Positions 10,471 to 20,060 of a stretch of 64,000 nt of DNA are shown here, one piece after another. The notes beneath the pieces are model-generated. The model ran no database searches and had not been told where the DNA came from. It worked only from the letters and a program-made list of their open reading frames with translations. Position numbers and translations under genes: made by a program. How positions within the stretch are numbered: the stretch's first letter is position 1; each line of letters starts with the position of its first letter. The DNA is from Candidatus Latescibacterota bacterium (GTDB lineage Bacteria; Latescibacterota; UBA2968; GCA-2709665), in NCBI GenBank assembly GCA_965248435.1, contig OZ252100.1:736001-800000 (forward strand), given 5' to 3'.

Positions 10471-12045
10471 GTGCCTCGACGCACTTCGCTAACAGGGGCC
10501 TTCGCCCTTTCCATCCTGGTTGGACACCCCAGCACCCTTCAGGCATCCCAGGAACACTTCCAGGTCTTCGACCTCCGCCTGCCGGACAGACCTTCACTCT
10601 ACAGGCCTGCAGACCTGAACGGAGACGATCGGACAGACCTGCTCATCGTCTACACCCGAAAGGAAGGGCGGGATCGGGAACGCCGTTTCGCCATTTTCTT
10701 CCAGACCGCTCAGGGCTTCGCCGAAACCCCGGACCTGGACTTCCCGCCCCCCCCAGATGCTGTCGTCTTCGACCTCGCCGATGTCGACTCCCTTCCCGGT
10801 TCGGAGATCGTCTACTTCACGCCTCGCGGCGTCTCCTACCTGACTGCAGGCTCCAAAAATCCAACACGGAATGTTCTCGTGGAAGCGCCCTCGGTCTTCC
10901 TCGCGGCGGAACCGGAGAAATTGCCCTACTGGGACTTCGTACGGGACCTCAACGGCGATGGGACGCCCGAACTCATCCTCCCGCAGGTGGGGCGATACTT
11001 GATCTACTCCACGGCAGACACTCGGCTGCCCTCGGGGGTCCTTCTTGCCGGCCTCCAAATCGGAGTTCGCGGACAAGGATTGAACCGATTTGCCGTCGGC
11101 GGGAGCGTTTCCACGACCATTGGGACACCCCACTTCCTCTTCAGGGATCTAGATCAGGACGGTCAGACCGACATCCTAGCGGCCTACGCGGACAGCCTCT
11201 GCTTCTTCAATCAGGACGCATCCGGCCGTTTCGGAGGACCACCGGACAAGGTCATCCACCATGGGTTCGGTGCCCTTGCTGACGGAACAGAGACCATACG
11301 AGAGGGTGAACCCTCCAATCAACTGTTCAAGTATATTTCAGAGGTGAGGGATTTAAACGGAGACGGGCAGATCGACGTGACAGTGATAAAGGCTTCCGAT
11401 GAGACTGGCCTGGATGTTCGTACGGAGATCCAGGTATATTATGGGCGCAGCGAAGACGATCCTGCGAAGTCGCGCTCCCTCTTCGACCGCCCCCCCGACC
11501 AGGTCATCGCTTCTCAAGGCGCACAGATCCTGCCCGACGCAATCGACCTAAACGCAGACGGCCGCATGGACCTGGTCGTCCCGACCATCAAGACCGGTCT
11601 GACCAGCCTGATCCAGATGTTCCTCACAAGAACCGTGAACGTCGATGTGCTCTTCTACATCATGGGAGAAAATGGTCGATATCCCGATCGGCCTTCGGCC
11701 CGCAGGAAGCTCCAGGTGGCGATCGACTTCCGCCGAGGCAACACTCAGCCCGTCTACGAATTCGCGGATTTGAACGGCGACGGGGTAACCGACGTCCTGA
11801 CGAGTGAGGATACGAATGAACTGGTGGGATTTTTGGGAAGCAAGCGGGAAGTCTTTGACGCGAAGCGTGACCTCGCGTTTCGGGTCCATCTTCCCGGGAA
11901 TGGGGATCGGGCGAAGGCGATGAATCTCAACGGAGATGGAAAGGCAGACGTCGTGATGACCTATGAGCGATTGGACGGGCCGGAGCTCACAAACCTCATT
12001 CGAGTGCTCCTTTCCTCGGGGGAGGTCCCGGCGATTCTACGGTAA
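10471..12045 (+). CDS. FG-GAP/VCBS repeat beta-propeller exported protein
   Basis: Repeated DLNGDGxxD(L/I/V) calcium-binding motifs and a signal peptide. Confidence 0.85.
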   Translation: MPRRTSLTGAFALSILVGHPSTLQASQEHFQVFDLRLPDRPSLYRPADLNGDDRTDLLIVYTRKEGRDRERRFAIFFQTAQGFAETPDLDFPPPPDAVVFDLADVDSLPGSEIVYFTPRGVSYLTAGSKNPTRNVLVEAPSVFLAAEPEKLPYWDFVRDLNGDGTPELILPQVGRYLIYSTADTRLPSGVLLAGLQIGVRGQGLNRFAVGGSVSTTIGTPHFLFRDLDQDGQTDILAAYADSLCFFNQDASGRFGGPPDKVIHHGFGALADGTETIREGEPSNQLFKYISEVRDLNGDGQIDVTVIKASDETGLDVRTEIQVYYGRSEDDPAKSRSLFDRPPDQVIASQGAQILPDAIDLNADGRMDLVVPTIKTGLTSLIQMFLTRTVNVDVLFYIMGENGRYPDRPSARRKLQVAIDFRRGNTQPVYEFADLNGDGVTDVLTSEDTNELVGFLGSKREVFDAKRDLAFRVHLPGNGDRAKAMNLNGDGKADVVMTYERLDGPELTNLIRVLLSSGEVPAILR

Positions 12046-12147
12046 AGACGCGAGGTGATCTTACATCTAGGCAAAAAACACAAAATCCTTTTTTGCTTAT
12101 CGCAATAAGCTGCTTTAGTGGGCATTTCCAACAGGAGTCGGACTAGT

Positions 12148-13950
12148 ATGGATATAAGAAATATTGCGATTATCGCACACGTTGATCATGGAAAGACAAC
12201 CATGGTGGATCGAATTCTACATCAAGTGGAATTGTTCAGGGATAATCAGGAAGTGCAGGATTTGATTCTGGATTCAAATGATCTGGAACGGGAGAGAGGG
12301 ATAACCATTCTATCCAAGAACGTATCAGTAAGATATAATGGAACAAAGATCAATATTATCGATACTCCGGGACACTCGGATTTTGGAGGAGAAGTGGAGC
12401 GTGTCTTGAATATGGCTGATGGTGTGCTGTTACTTGTCGATGCTTTTGAAGGGCCAATGCCGCAGACACGATTCGTTCTGCAAAAAGCGTTGGAACTGGG
12501 CTTAAAACCGATAGTCGTGATCAATAAAGTCGATAAACCGAATTGTAATCCGGAAGCGGCGAATGAGCTTGTTTATGAACTGATGTTTTCCTTAGATGCG
12601 ACAGACGAACAACTGAATTTTCCAACTGTTTACGGTTCTTCAAAAGAGGGATGGATGGGAGCCGATTGGAAAACACCAACCACCGACGTCACCTATTTGT
12701 TAGATACCATTATTGAATACTTTGATCCGCAAAAAGATAACCCTGGAACTGTACAATTACAGATCAGTTCATTGGATTACTCGTCATATACAGGGAGGAT
12801 TGCGGTAGGAAGGGTGCATAGAGGAAGTATCAAAACGGGTGACCAAGTCTCTGTTGTTCAAAGAAACGGTGAAATCAATAAATCAGTCGTCAAAGAACTT
12901 TTTCTATTCGAGGGGCTGGGAAAAGAGAAAACAAAAGAGGAAGTGAAATCTGGGGAAATAGTCGCGATCCTCCTAGGACTCGATAACTTTGACATCGGAG
13001 ATACCATTGCTGATTGCAATGAACCCGAATCTCTAAAGCCGATCTCAATAGATGAACCTTCTATGAGCATGCTATTTACGATCAACACCTCACCGTTCCT
13101 TGGCAGAGAAGGGAAATTCGTCACGTCAAGGCACGTTAGAGAGAGACTATTCAAAGAAACAGAGAAGAACCTTGCACTGAATATTGAAGAGTCTGACTCA
13201 CCTGATAGACTCATAGTCTATGGTAGAGGCATTCTTCACTTATCTATTCTGGTAGAAACCATGAGGCGAGAAGGGTATGAGATCCAACTAGGTCAGCCAA
13301 AGGTGGTTACGAAGGAAATCGATGGATTTCTGCACGAACCCATAGAACTGTTAAATGTCAATGTTCCAGAAAAGTTTTCCAGCAAAATCGTAGAAATAGC
13401 CACCAGGCGCAAAGGTGATATTCTGAACATCGAGAAAAAGAGTGACAGGATATTTCTCGAGTTCAAAATACCGGCCAGGGGCTTGATCGGCTTTGTCAAT
13501 CCAGTATTAACGGCTACCGAAGGGGAAGCTGTGATCTCGCATCGGTTCAATGGGTATGAGCCGTGGAAAGGTGCAATACAGGGTAAGAGGAATGGTGCGT
13601 TGATAGCGATGGAATCAGGAACATCGATTGCGTATTCCATTAACAAATTGCAAGACAGGGGTAAATTCTTCATCGAGCCAAATGAAGAAGTATATGCAGG
13701 TCAGGTGGTAGGAGAGAGTACGAGGTATGATGACCTGGTAATAAACGTAACCAAGACTAAAAAATTGTCTAATCTGCGCGCTGCTGGTTCAGATGAAAAA
13801 ATGTCGATAGCTCCGGCAATAAAGTTCTCATTGGAAGAAGCTATGGAATACATTGGAGAGGATGAATATGTTGAAGTAACCCCGAAATCCATTCGCTTAA
13901 GAAAAATATTGCTTGGTGAGCTTGAAAGGAGGAGGCAGACTATTCGCTAG
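12148..13950 (+). CDS. typA: Translational GTPase TypA/BipA
   Basis: IRNIAIIAHVDHGKTT, DTPGHSDFGGEVER, GRGILHLSILVETMRREG, EVTPKSIRLRK. Confidence 0.97.
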   Translation: MDIRNIAIIAHVDHGKTTMVDRILHQVELFRDNQEVQDLILDSNDLERERGITILSKNVSVRYNGTKINIIDTPGHSDFGGEVERVLNMADGVLLLVDAFEGPMPQTRFVLQKALELGLKPIVVINKVDKPNCNPEAANELVYELMFSLDATDEQLNFPTVYGSSKEGWMGADWKTPTTDVTYLLDTIIEYFDPQKDNPGTVQLQISSLDYSSYTGRIAVGRVHRGSIKTGDQVSVVQRNGEINKSVVKELFLFEGLGKEKTKEEVKSGEIVAILLGLDNFDIGDTIADCNEPESLKPISIDEPSMSMLFTINTSPFLGREGKFVTSRHVRERLFKETEKNLALNIEESDSPDRLIVYGRGILHLSILVETMRREGYEIQLGQPKVVTKEIDGFLHEPIELLNVNVPEKFSSKIVEIATRRKGDILNIEKKSDRIFLEFKIPARGLIGFVNPVLTATEGEAVISHRFNGYEPWKGAIQGKRNGALIAMESGTSIAYSINKLQDRGKFFIEPNEEVYAGQVVGESTRYDDLVINVTKTKKLSNLRAAGSDEKMSIAPAIKFSLEEAMEYIGEDEYVEVTPKSIRLRKILLGELERRRQTIR

Positions 13951-14055
13951 AACCCGAGTTTGGGCTCAGCGGCCGGCCCAACGATCGCACCAGATCTTCA
14001 CTGGTCAAAACGAGCCGGACGATGATGGGGTTAGGCCTCGGAGTTCCTTTCGCTT

Positions 14056-16764
14056 TTAAAACATGAACCCTGCGCGCAGATAGAATCCCGTGAGGTCGTC
14101 GCCGTTCACGAACGCCGCGCTCAGCGTCTGTGTGCGCTGGAGGAAGGACATCCAGATGCCGCCGCCCACGCCGGTGTGGAACTTATCCGCATCGGAAGGA
14201 TCAGCGTCGAGGAACACTCGGCCCGTGTCGATACCGCCGAACACGCCGAACTCACCCGGCAGGAGAAACCTGATTCGCGAGAGCTTGAGCCGCAGCTCAG
14301 CATTCCCGTAGACCGAGGACTCGCCGCCAAACCGATCCTTCCGGAATCCACGCAGTGTGCCGGGGCCCCCCACGAACGCGGCCTCGTGAAACGGAAATCT
14401 ACCCCAAACGTTCTTTCCGCCCCCCCGAAGCGCCAGGGTCATCGCCCCCCCGGCCGACAGATACGTCGAAATCTCACCCTCCAGATGACCGAATGCGGAC
14501 GCCACGTCCCACGCCTCCGGGTAGACGGCACCCGAGACGTCGATCAAGAAACCGCGGCCCGGAAAGGCGAGGTTGTTGCGTGTATCGATTTCGACCTGAC
14601 CGCGCGCGCCGATCTGACCGAATGATCCCGTTCCATACGGTGGGGTCGGCAGAGAACTGATGTATCTTTCCGAATTATCTTCTAGGGGTGTGTCGGCGTA
14701 CTTCGCGATCGGACCCACCGAAATCGTGAGTGTCGTACGGACCTTCGGCCCCTCCGGCGCACCTGGTCCGTACGCACCCTCCACGGCGGGACCGGGATGT
14801 TTGCCGGCGCGGAAGACAAGGCCAGGGGTGAACCGGAACTCTTTCTGCTCGACCTTGTAGAACGATGTCGACTCGGGGATCTGGGTGTCGTTGCCGAACC
14901 CGTTGAACCGGATCACGTTGATGCCGGAATACTCCAGGTGAAGCGACCCATCCACTCCGGGCCAAATGTGACGAAATGCGCCCGTGTAGGCGACGAAGGG
15001 TTCGGCACCCTCGCTGGCAACGCCGAGGCTGATAGAATGCTTCGACGAGTACGGATCCCTCCGATATCCGAAATGCTGTCGGCTGCTGATGACCCCGCCA
15101 TAGATGCCCAAATCCGGACTGGTAGACACGACAGGGAGAGTGATCCTCTGGCTGCCCCAGTCGAGCCACCGTCTCGAGTTGCTCGTTGTCGTGCCGCGAG
15201 GTCGCTTGTAGGGACGCTCATTAACTTTCGCGCCCCTACCCTTCTCGAACCGATTCTTTCCGCTAGCGTCGAAGAACCGCGTCTTTCCGCTTCCCGCCTC
15301 TGACGTGTTGACGAACGTGTCGTCTCCATCCCCGCCGTCGGCCAGGATGTTGATCCGCCCGTTCCCGCCTGACACCTCCACGTAGTCGTCACCGCCGTGA
15401 GCATATAACCGAATTTCTTTCATCTCCGTGTGGTGATACGTCCTCCGGAAGTAAGGGGGCCTCCGGCCGTCCGGATCAGCGCCACCCAGGCCGATCCGGA
15501 GCGCGAGATCGCCATTGGCCTTGTGTTCGAAAAGGATATACTCATCCTTATCCGTCGCCCGGACTTCGGCCTGCCGGGTGATCAGACGGTAGTATCGGTC
15601 GGCGAACGCGGACAGGCTGTTGCGGCGTGTTTTGAGCGTGCGCGTGAGGAAGTCACCCACCTGGTCGTAGAACGATGGGGGAAGCCTGCGAACGGCGTCT
15701 TCGATCACGGCATCCGGCAGTTCACGCTGCAAGGCCGTGGCCATCGAGTCCCACACCGACCTCTCGAGCTCGGACAGGTATTCCCGATCCAGCTCCCAAC
15801 CGTTCGTCGTCAACCCGACGACACTGGGATACCTGGCTTCGAACCTGATCTGCTTCGGAATGGCCCTTCGCGCAAGGAACATCGCAAAACCGTCGAAATC
15901 CACGAAGGCCTGGTCACGATCTTCGGGGATCGGGTACCAGAAATAGCCGTCGCCATCGGGGAACCGGGCCCACCGCCACTGACCGAAGTGGCGGTCCTTG
16001 TCGTTGATCAGGATGTCCAGCAGCCGTGCCTTGAGGAATGCCCGCGCATTCACCCGGTGCTCGGGGCCCGCTTCCAGGTCTGCCCAGAGGCGCTCCGATC
16101 CCTTGACACTCCGCGAGCCGGCGAAGCCCGGCGTCTCGTCGGCCCCGTCAACCGGATACTCATGGAACGCCCCGATGAGGCCGGCGAATTCCTTACGGTA
16201 GTCGCCCAGCCGGGGGTGGTCCGGAATCACCACAAGCGTATGTTTCGCGTGGAGGATTCCGGTCACTTCCATCAGGCGATCGACGACGAGTCCGCCGGTA
16301 GGGAGCATGGCGCTGATCTGATCCTGTAGGATGTCCTCGACGAACGTCTGTTTCAGCTCACCCCACAGGCGCTTCGTAGGGTCTTTGTCCAAGGAACGAA
16401 CCGAATAAGGCCGACCATCCTCCCCCGCGAGGTGCAGAGAGATCGACTGCCCGAACCCTCCGGTCCCAACCGGCTTCAGCCCGCCGGCCACGGTGTCAAG
16501 GTCGAGGACTTCGACCTGGATGGGCGTGATCCAGAGGTCGCGGTAATCCCTCCCGTAGAGCCACTTGTGGAAGCCGCCCGCCCGGAACCGTTCTCCGAGC
16601 ACAACCGTGTGCGTCCTGGCCCCGGGCGGCGGAATCGACCGGCGGATCAGGTGGCCTGGAGGGGGCGGGTCTTCATCGGCTCTCGATTCTGATGCTACGA
16701 AGCAGACCAGCGCAGCAGCCAGTAAGATAAGGCTCCAGCACCTCTTTCTATGCGCTATGTACAT
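14056..16764 (-). CDS. Omp85-barrel protein with large N-terminal kinase-like region
   Basis: Signal peptide; C-terminal GGPGTLRGFRKDRFGG lid motif and terminal F; the N-half has DRH and DxDQAF motifs. Confidence 0.75.
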   Translation of the reverse strand: MYIAHRKRCWSLILLAAALVCFVASESRADEDPPPPGHLIRRSIPPPGARTHTVVLGERFRAGGFHKWLYGRDYRDLWITPIQVEVLDLDTVAGGLKPVGTGGFGQSISLHLAGEDGRPYSVRSLDKDPTKRLWGELKQTFVEDILQDQISAMLPTGGLVVDRLMEVTGILHAKHTLVVIPDHPRLGDYRKEFAGLIGAFHEYPVDGADETPGFAGSRSVKGSERLWADLEAGPEHRVNARAFLKARLLDILINDKDRHFGQWRWARFPDGDGYFWYPIPEDRDQAFVDFDGFAMFLARRAIPKQIRFEARYPSVVGLTTNGWELDREYLSELERSVWDSMATALQRELPDAVIEDAVRRLPPSFYDQVGDFLTRTLKTRRNSLSAFADRYYRLITRQAEVRATDKDEYILFEHKANGDLALRIGLGGADPDGRRPPYFRRTYHHTEMKEIRLYAHGGDDYVEVSGGNGRINILADGGDGDDTFVNTSEAGSGKTRFFDASGKNRFEKGRGAKVNERPYKRPRGTTTSNSRRWLDWGSQRITLPVVSTSPDLGIYGGVISSRQHFGYRRDPYSSKHSISLGVASEGAEPFVAYTGAFRHIWPGVDGSLHLEYSGINVIRFNGFGNDTQIPESTSFYKVEQKEFRFTPGLVFRAGKHPGPAVEGAYGPGAPEGPKVRTTLTISVGPIAKYADTPLEDNSERYISSLPTPPYGTGSFGQIGARGQVEIDTRNNLAFPGRGFLIDVSGAVYPEAWDVASAFGHLEGEISTYLSAGGAMTLALRGGGKNVWGRFPFHEAAFVGGPGTLRGFRKDRFGGESSVYGNAELRLKLSRIRFLLPGEFGVFGGIDTGRVFLDADPSDADKFHTGVGGGIWMSFLQRTQTLSAAFVNGDDLTGFYLRAGFMF

Positions 16765-16861
16765 GCAATGCCCCTGTGCGGCTTCAAAACCGACTTCACT
16801 GTGGTTGTCACGTTTGATGTGTCCACAATATAGCCCTGCGAACGGCCTCCGCGTACAAAAC

Positions 16862-16896
16862 AAAGGCGGGGCGAAAAGATGTTCCGCCCCGCCTTT
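16862..16896. terminator. Intrinsic terminator-like hairpin
   Basis: AAAGGCGGGGCG / CGCCCCGCCTTT inverted repeat downstream of the DUF5723-like gene. Confidence 0.65.
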
Positions 16897-17020
16897 CTAT
16901 TCATCAGGCGCCGATGGCTCAAATGATCATCCACTGACAAATCTACTCGTCTACCCATGCCCAAGCATCTTACATATTTCTCCTACTCCGGCTTGAGTGG
17001 CCGTTCGCCGGCACACTGAC

Positions 17021-18307
17021 TCAGAATCCGAATTTCAGTTCAGCGGCCAACCCGCCGCCGCCTGCCCTGTTCGGAACGATGCCGTCCCTGAGCCTAAGGG
17101 CCACATCAAAGGCAATCAACTTCACGCCGATGCCGAAGCCGGCGGAATAGGAGGTCGGTCTCCCTCCGCCGACAGAGATGCCCGCTCTAACTGGAAACCA
17201 TCCGGTCATCTTGTATTCGCTTCCCACGGAGAGCCGAGATTGGGTCGTCGACCCTGGCGCATCGTTGAGCCCGTGCTGCCAATCGACGTTGAAGAGCGAG
17301 AGTTTCGTCTTCTTTGAGATCCCAATGCGGACCGTCGTGGGCAAAGAAGTCGAAAAAGAGTCAAGCCTGCGCTCCTGATCTTCCGCATTGAAAAGGTCGT
17401 CGAATTCCTCGACGTCCGCAATGTCCTGAACCTGTATCGCGCCGGCAAACATCTGTCCTCGGTTCTCCCTAGCATTCTTGTCCCAGGATAGGCGTCCGAT
17501 CTGCAGGATGGAAATTCCCGCACTCCACTCCCTGCCGAGCTGAGCCGCCAATCCCAGGTCGAACGAAAATCCACGCCCACCCTCGGCGCGTCTGGCCAGT
17601 GAGGAGCCCTCCAACTGCCAGCCCGAATCCAGTGTAACCAGTGTGCCCTGAGCGTCCTGAAGTTCGAAGAACCCCAGACCTCGAAGATATCGGACCGTCA
17701 CCCCAACCGATACGACCCTGGACCCCCTCCGGCGGATTGGATGTCCCGCTGAGAATGATATCGACCAGGCCGCCTGCGCTTTCCCCTCTGTGTCCGCGAC
17801 GTTGTAGACGCGGTCGCGCTCGTTTCCAAAGAGGGCCAGCTCCAGTGGATCTCGTGGAAACCGTGCACGGCCGGCACCGAAAGCAGTAACGCGCACCGCA
17901 TACCTCCCTATGGAGATCCCCAGTGCCCGTGCCTCTCCAGAAGCGTTAGCGCGGATGCCTTCGGGCGGCAGCTTGTCCAGGATTTCCTGCCTTACCTCCT
18001 CGTTCCACGCCTTCCCGTTGTATCGATTATAATCGTCTAAATCGAATGCGTCATTCCTCCCATTAAACCCAAACGAGAAGATCGCGATCGATAGAGATCT
18101 GTCGCTGGGAAGTGCCAGGTTTGCTGGATTCCATCCAACGGCATCCAGATTCCGTGCAGCTGCCGTGTAGGTGCCTGCCATCCCAGCGGCGCGCGCGCTC
18201 GATTCACCCAGCGCAGATGCCGGAGTTGACCACAGCAGCACTCCGCAGAGAAAGAACCCTGCCATGAACTCGTTCTGATTCTTGAGGTTCCACAATCTCT
18301 TAGTCAT
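17021..18307 (-). CDS. DUF5723/TraF-like outer-membrane beta-barrel protein
   Basis: SARAAGMAG..AVGWNPANLA N-terminus, GFSFDLG, and a terminal aromatic residue (KFGF). The start codon is uncertain. Confidence 0.7.
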   Translation of the reverse strand: MTKRLWNLKNQNEFMAGFFLCGVLLWSTPASALGESSARAAGMAGTYTAAARNLDAVGWNPANLALPSDRSLSIAIFSFGFNGRNDAFDLDDYNRYNGKAWNEEVRQEILDKLPPEGIRANASGEARALGISIGRYAVRVTAFGAGRARFPRDPLELALFGNERDRVYNVADTEGKAQAAWSISFSAGHPIRRRGSRVVSVGVTVRYLRGLGFFELQDAQGTLVTLDSGWQLEGSSLARRAEGGRGFSFDLGLAAQLGREWSAGISILQIGRLSWDKNARENRGQMFAGAIQVQDIADVEEFDDLFNAEDQERRLDSFSTSLPTTVRIGISKKTKLSLFNVDWQHGLNDAPGSTTQSRLSVGSEYKMTGWFPVRAGISVGGGRPTSYSAGFGIGVKLIAFDVALRLRDGIVPNRAGGGGLAAELKFGF

Positions 18308-19829
18308 CCAGTCTCTCGTCCACCAGGATTCGGATCTTTGCACTCATCTTCACCTGTGCAAAATCGTCCTGCTCGATCTGGACTGTCTTGCCTCCTGTTC
18401 CGGGTGTCCTGATGGAAACGACCGAAAACAGCGGAAACCGGGCAAAGACTGCCGTCTCCTCTTTTGTGAGTTCGACCTTTGTCTGACTCGTCACCGACTC
18501 CTGGACCGCCCCAGCACCGTCAACCGGAGCCGCCGGCAGCAGGATCTCCCCCTGACTCGGAAGAACGAGATCGGCATTCGTTTCAAGCTGCTCGCGGTCG
18601 GACCCGATAAGGAGCCTCACGCCGATCGCCACCGGAAGGTGATTGATCAGGTCCAGCGTCACGGTTGCCGCGCCGACGTTCGTCGCCAACCGTTTCCTGG
18701 CTTCGGGATCGTCGATGCCGATATCCTCGGGATCGCTCAGAACCTGAGACTCAGAAACGACCATCTTCAGCGGCGCCCTGAAAAAGAGTTTTATATCCAC
18801 GCCATCCGTCCTGCCCACGCGCGCGTCTCCGTCGTCAATCAAAATCCCGCCACTGACCCGGATGCTGCGCGGGATGATTTCCAGAAATTCCAGGATGTTG
18901 CTGTTTGTCTGATCGAACCGGATGAGGGTCACGGCGGGGTTTCCCGGTGCGCCCGCGGCCAGCGCTCGCTGCCCGGACGGGATGCTCAGGACGACGGAGC
19001 GCCCTCCCTCCCCGATGCCCACGACCGAAATATCCAGCTCGCTCGAGGCCCCGATTTCGCTCGTGGCCTGTATCTCTACCGCGGCCTCGGAGAAGGCCAC
19101 GTCGATCTCGCCATCTGGAAAGTCGACCGAGAGGGAGCTGGTTTCGAACCCGACAGGAAGATCTCGAATGGCGCCCTGAATCTCTTCCAGGAGGAGTGCA
19201 TCAGGTTGCATTACCACGCTCACCGATCCGTCCTGTCCCCCGACACCAGATTGTATCCTCGCGTCGATTCGAAGCAGTTCCGGTGCGGATGGAGAAAAGT
19301 TCGATCCGTTCAGCGAGACCAGCAGCGAAGCGGTAGACCCGCCTTGTACGCTCGTGGCCTCCCGGATCACACTGCCCTGGCTGGAGAAATCCGGAAGTGT
19401 GATCTCGATATCGAGCGACCGCCCAGAGCCATTCGAAAAATCGAAACGCATTGATCCCGATCGAATTTCGGCATTGGTCACCCGGATCTCGTCAGGCAGC
19501 GTGAGGCCCAACACATCCGAGCGCACCCCCCCCGATTGGGGAACCGGAAGCGCGAAGTTTCCGTCTGGCGGCGAAAGCTGAAGGTTGTCTCCGACCGTGA
19601 AACGGTCGACATCCTGTTCGATGTCCAGGCCAACTGTCCCGGAGGGCTGAATCGTCAGGTAATCCTCTCGGTCCTCGATCAGTTCCTGCATCGTGACGAC
19701 TTCGTCCGCCAGCGACATCTCCACGTCGATCTCGTAGGACGGCGCCTTCGGTTTGCCGGGGAGCGAGCATCCGAAATTTGTGATCAGAATCACCAGGATC
19801 ACGACCCATTCGAACGGTCTGTGCTGCAT
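18300..19829 (-). CDS. Uncharacterised beta-rich lipoprotein, partner of the downstream barrel
   Basis: Hydrophobic leader with lipobox (NFG-C); its end overlaps the start of the barrel gene. Confidence 0.7.
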   Translation of the reverse strand: MQHRPFEWVVILVILITNFGCSLPGKPKAPSYEIDVEMSLADEVVTMQELIEDREDYLTIQPSGTVGLDIEQDVDRFTVGDNLQLSPPDGNFALPVPQSGGVRSDVLGLTLPDEIRVTNAEIRSGSMRFDFSNGSGRSLDIEITLPDFSSQGSVIREATSVQGGSTASLLVSLNGSNFSPSAPELLRIDARIQSGVGGQDGSVSVVMQPDALLLEEIQGAIRDLPVGFETSSLSVDFPDGEIDVAFSEAAVEIQATSEIGASSELDISVVGIGEGGRSVVLSIPSGQRALAAGAPGNPAVTLIRFDQTNSNILEFLEIIPRSIRVSGGILIDDGDARVGRTDGVDIKLFFRAPLKMVVSESQVLSDPEDIGIDDPEARKRLATNVGAATVTLDLINHLPVAIGVRLLIGSDREQLETNADLVLPSQGEILLPAAPVDGAGAVQESVTSQTKVELTKEETAVFARFPLFSVVSIRTPGTGGKTVQIEQDDFAQVKMSAKIRILVDERLDD

Positions 19830-19946
19830 TTTCACACCTCGTCTCCGTGGGTTAAAATGTTCAGGGACCATAAAGGCAAACGAAATGCCAACGGTCTCAA
19901 CCTAAAGCGGAAGGGGCAGTAATCTCTACAACCATTTGTGGCACAG

Positions 19947-19987
19947 AAAAATAAAAGGACAGGGCGAAATTCGATTTCGCCCTGTCC
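19947..19987 (-). terminator. Rho-independent terminator of the metK-ahcY operon
   Basis: 14-bp stem GGACAGGGCGAAAT / ATTTCGCCCTGTCC followed by TTTTATTTTT on the minus strand. Confidence 0.8.
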
Positions 19988-20060
19988 CTGTCATCCTTCG
20001 GGTGCCGGTAGTACAAAATGACCGTCTCCGGACAAATCCTACCACCGCACCTGCTCTACA

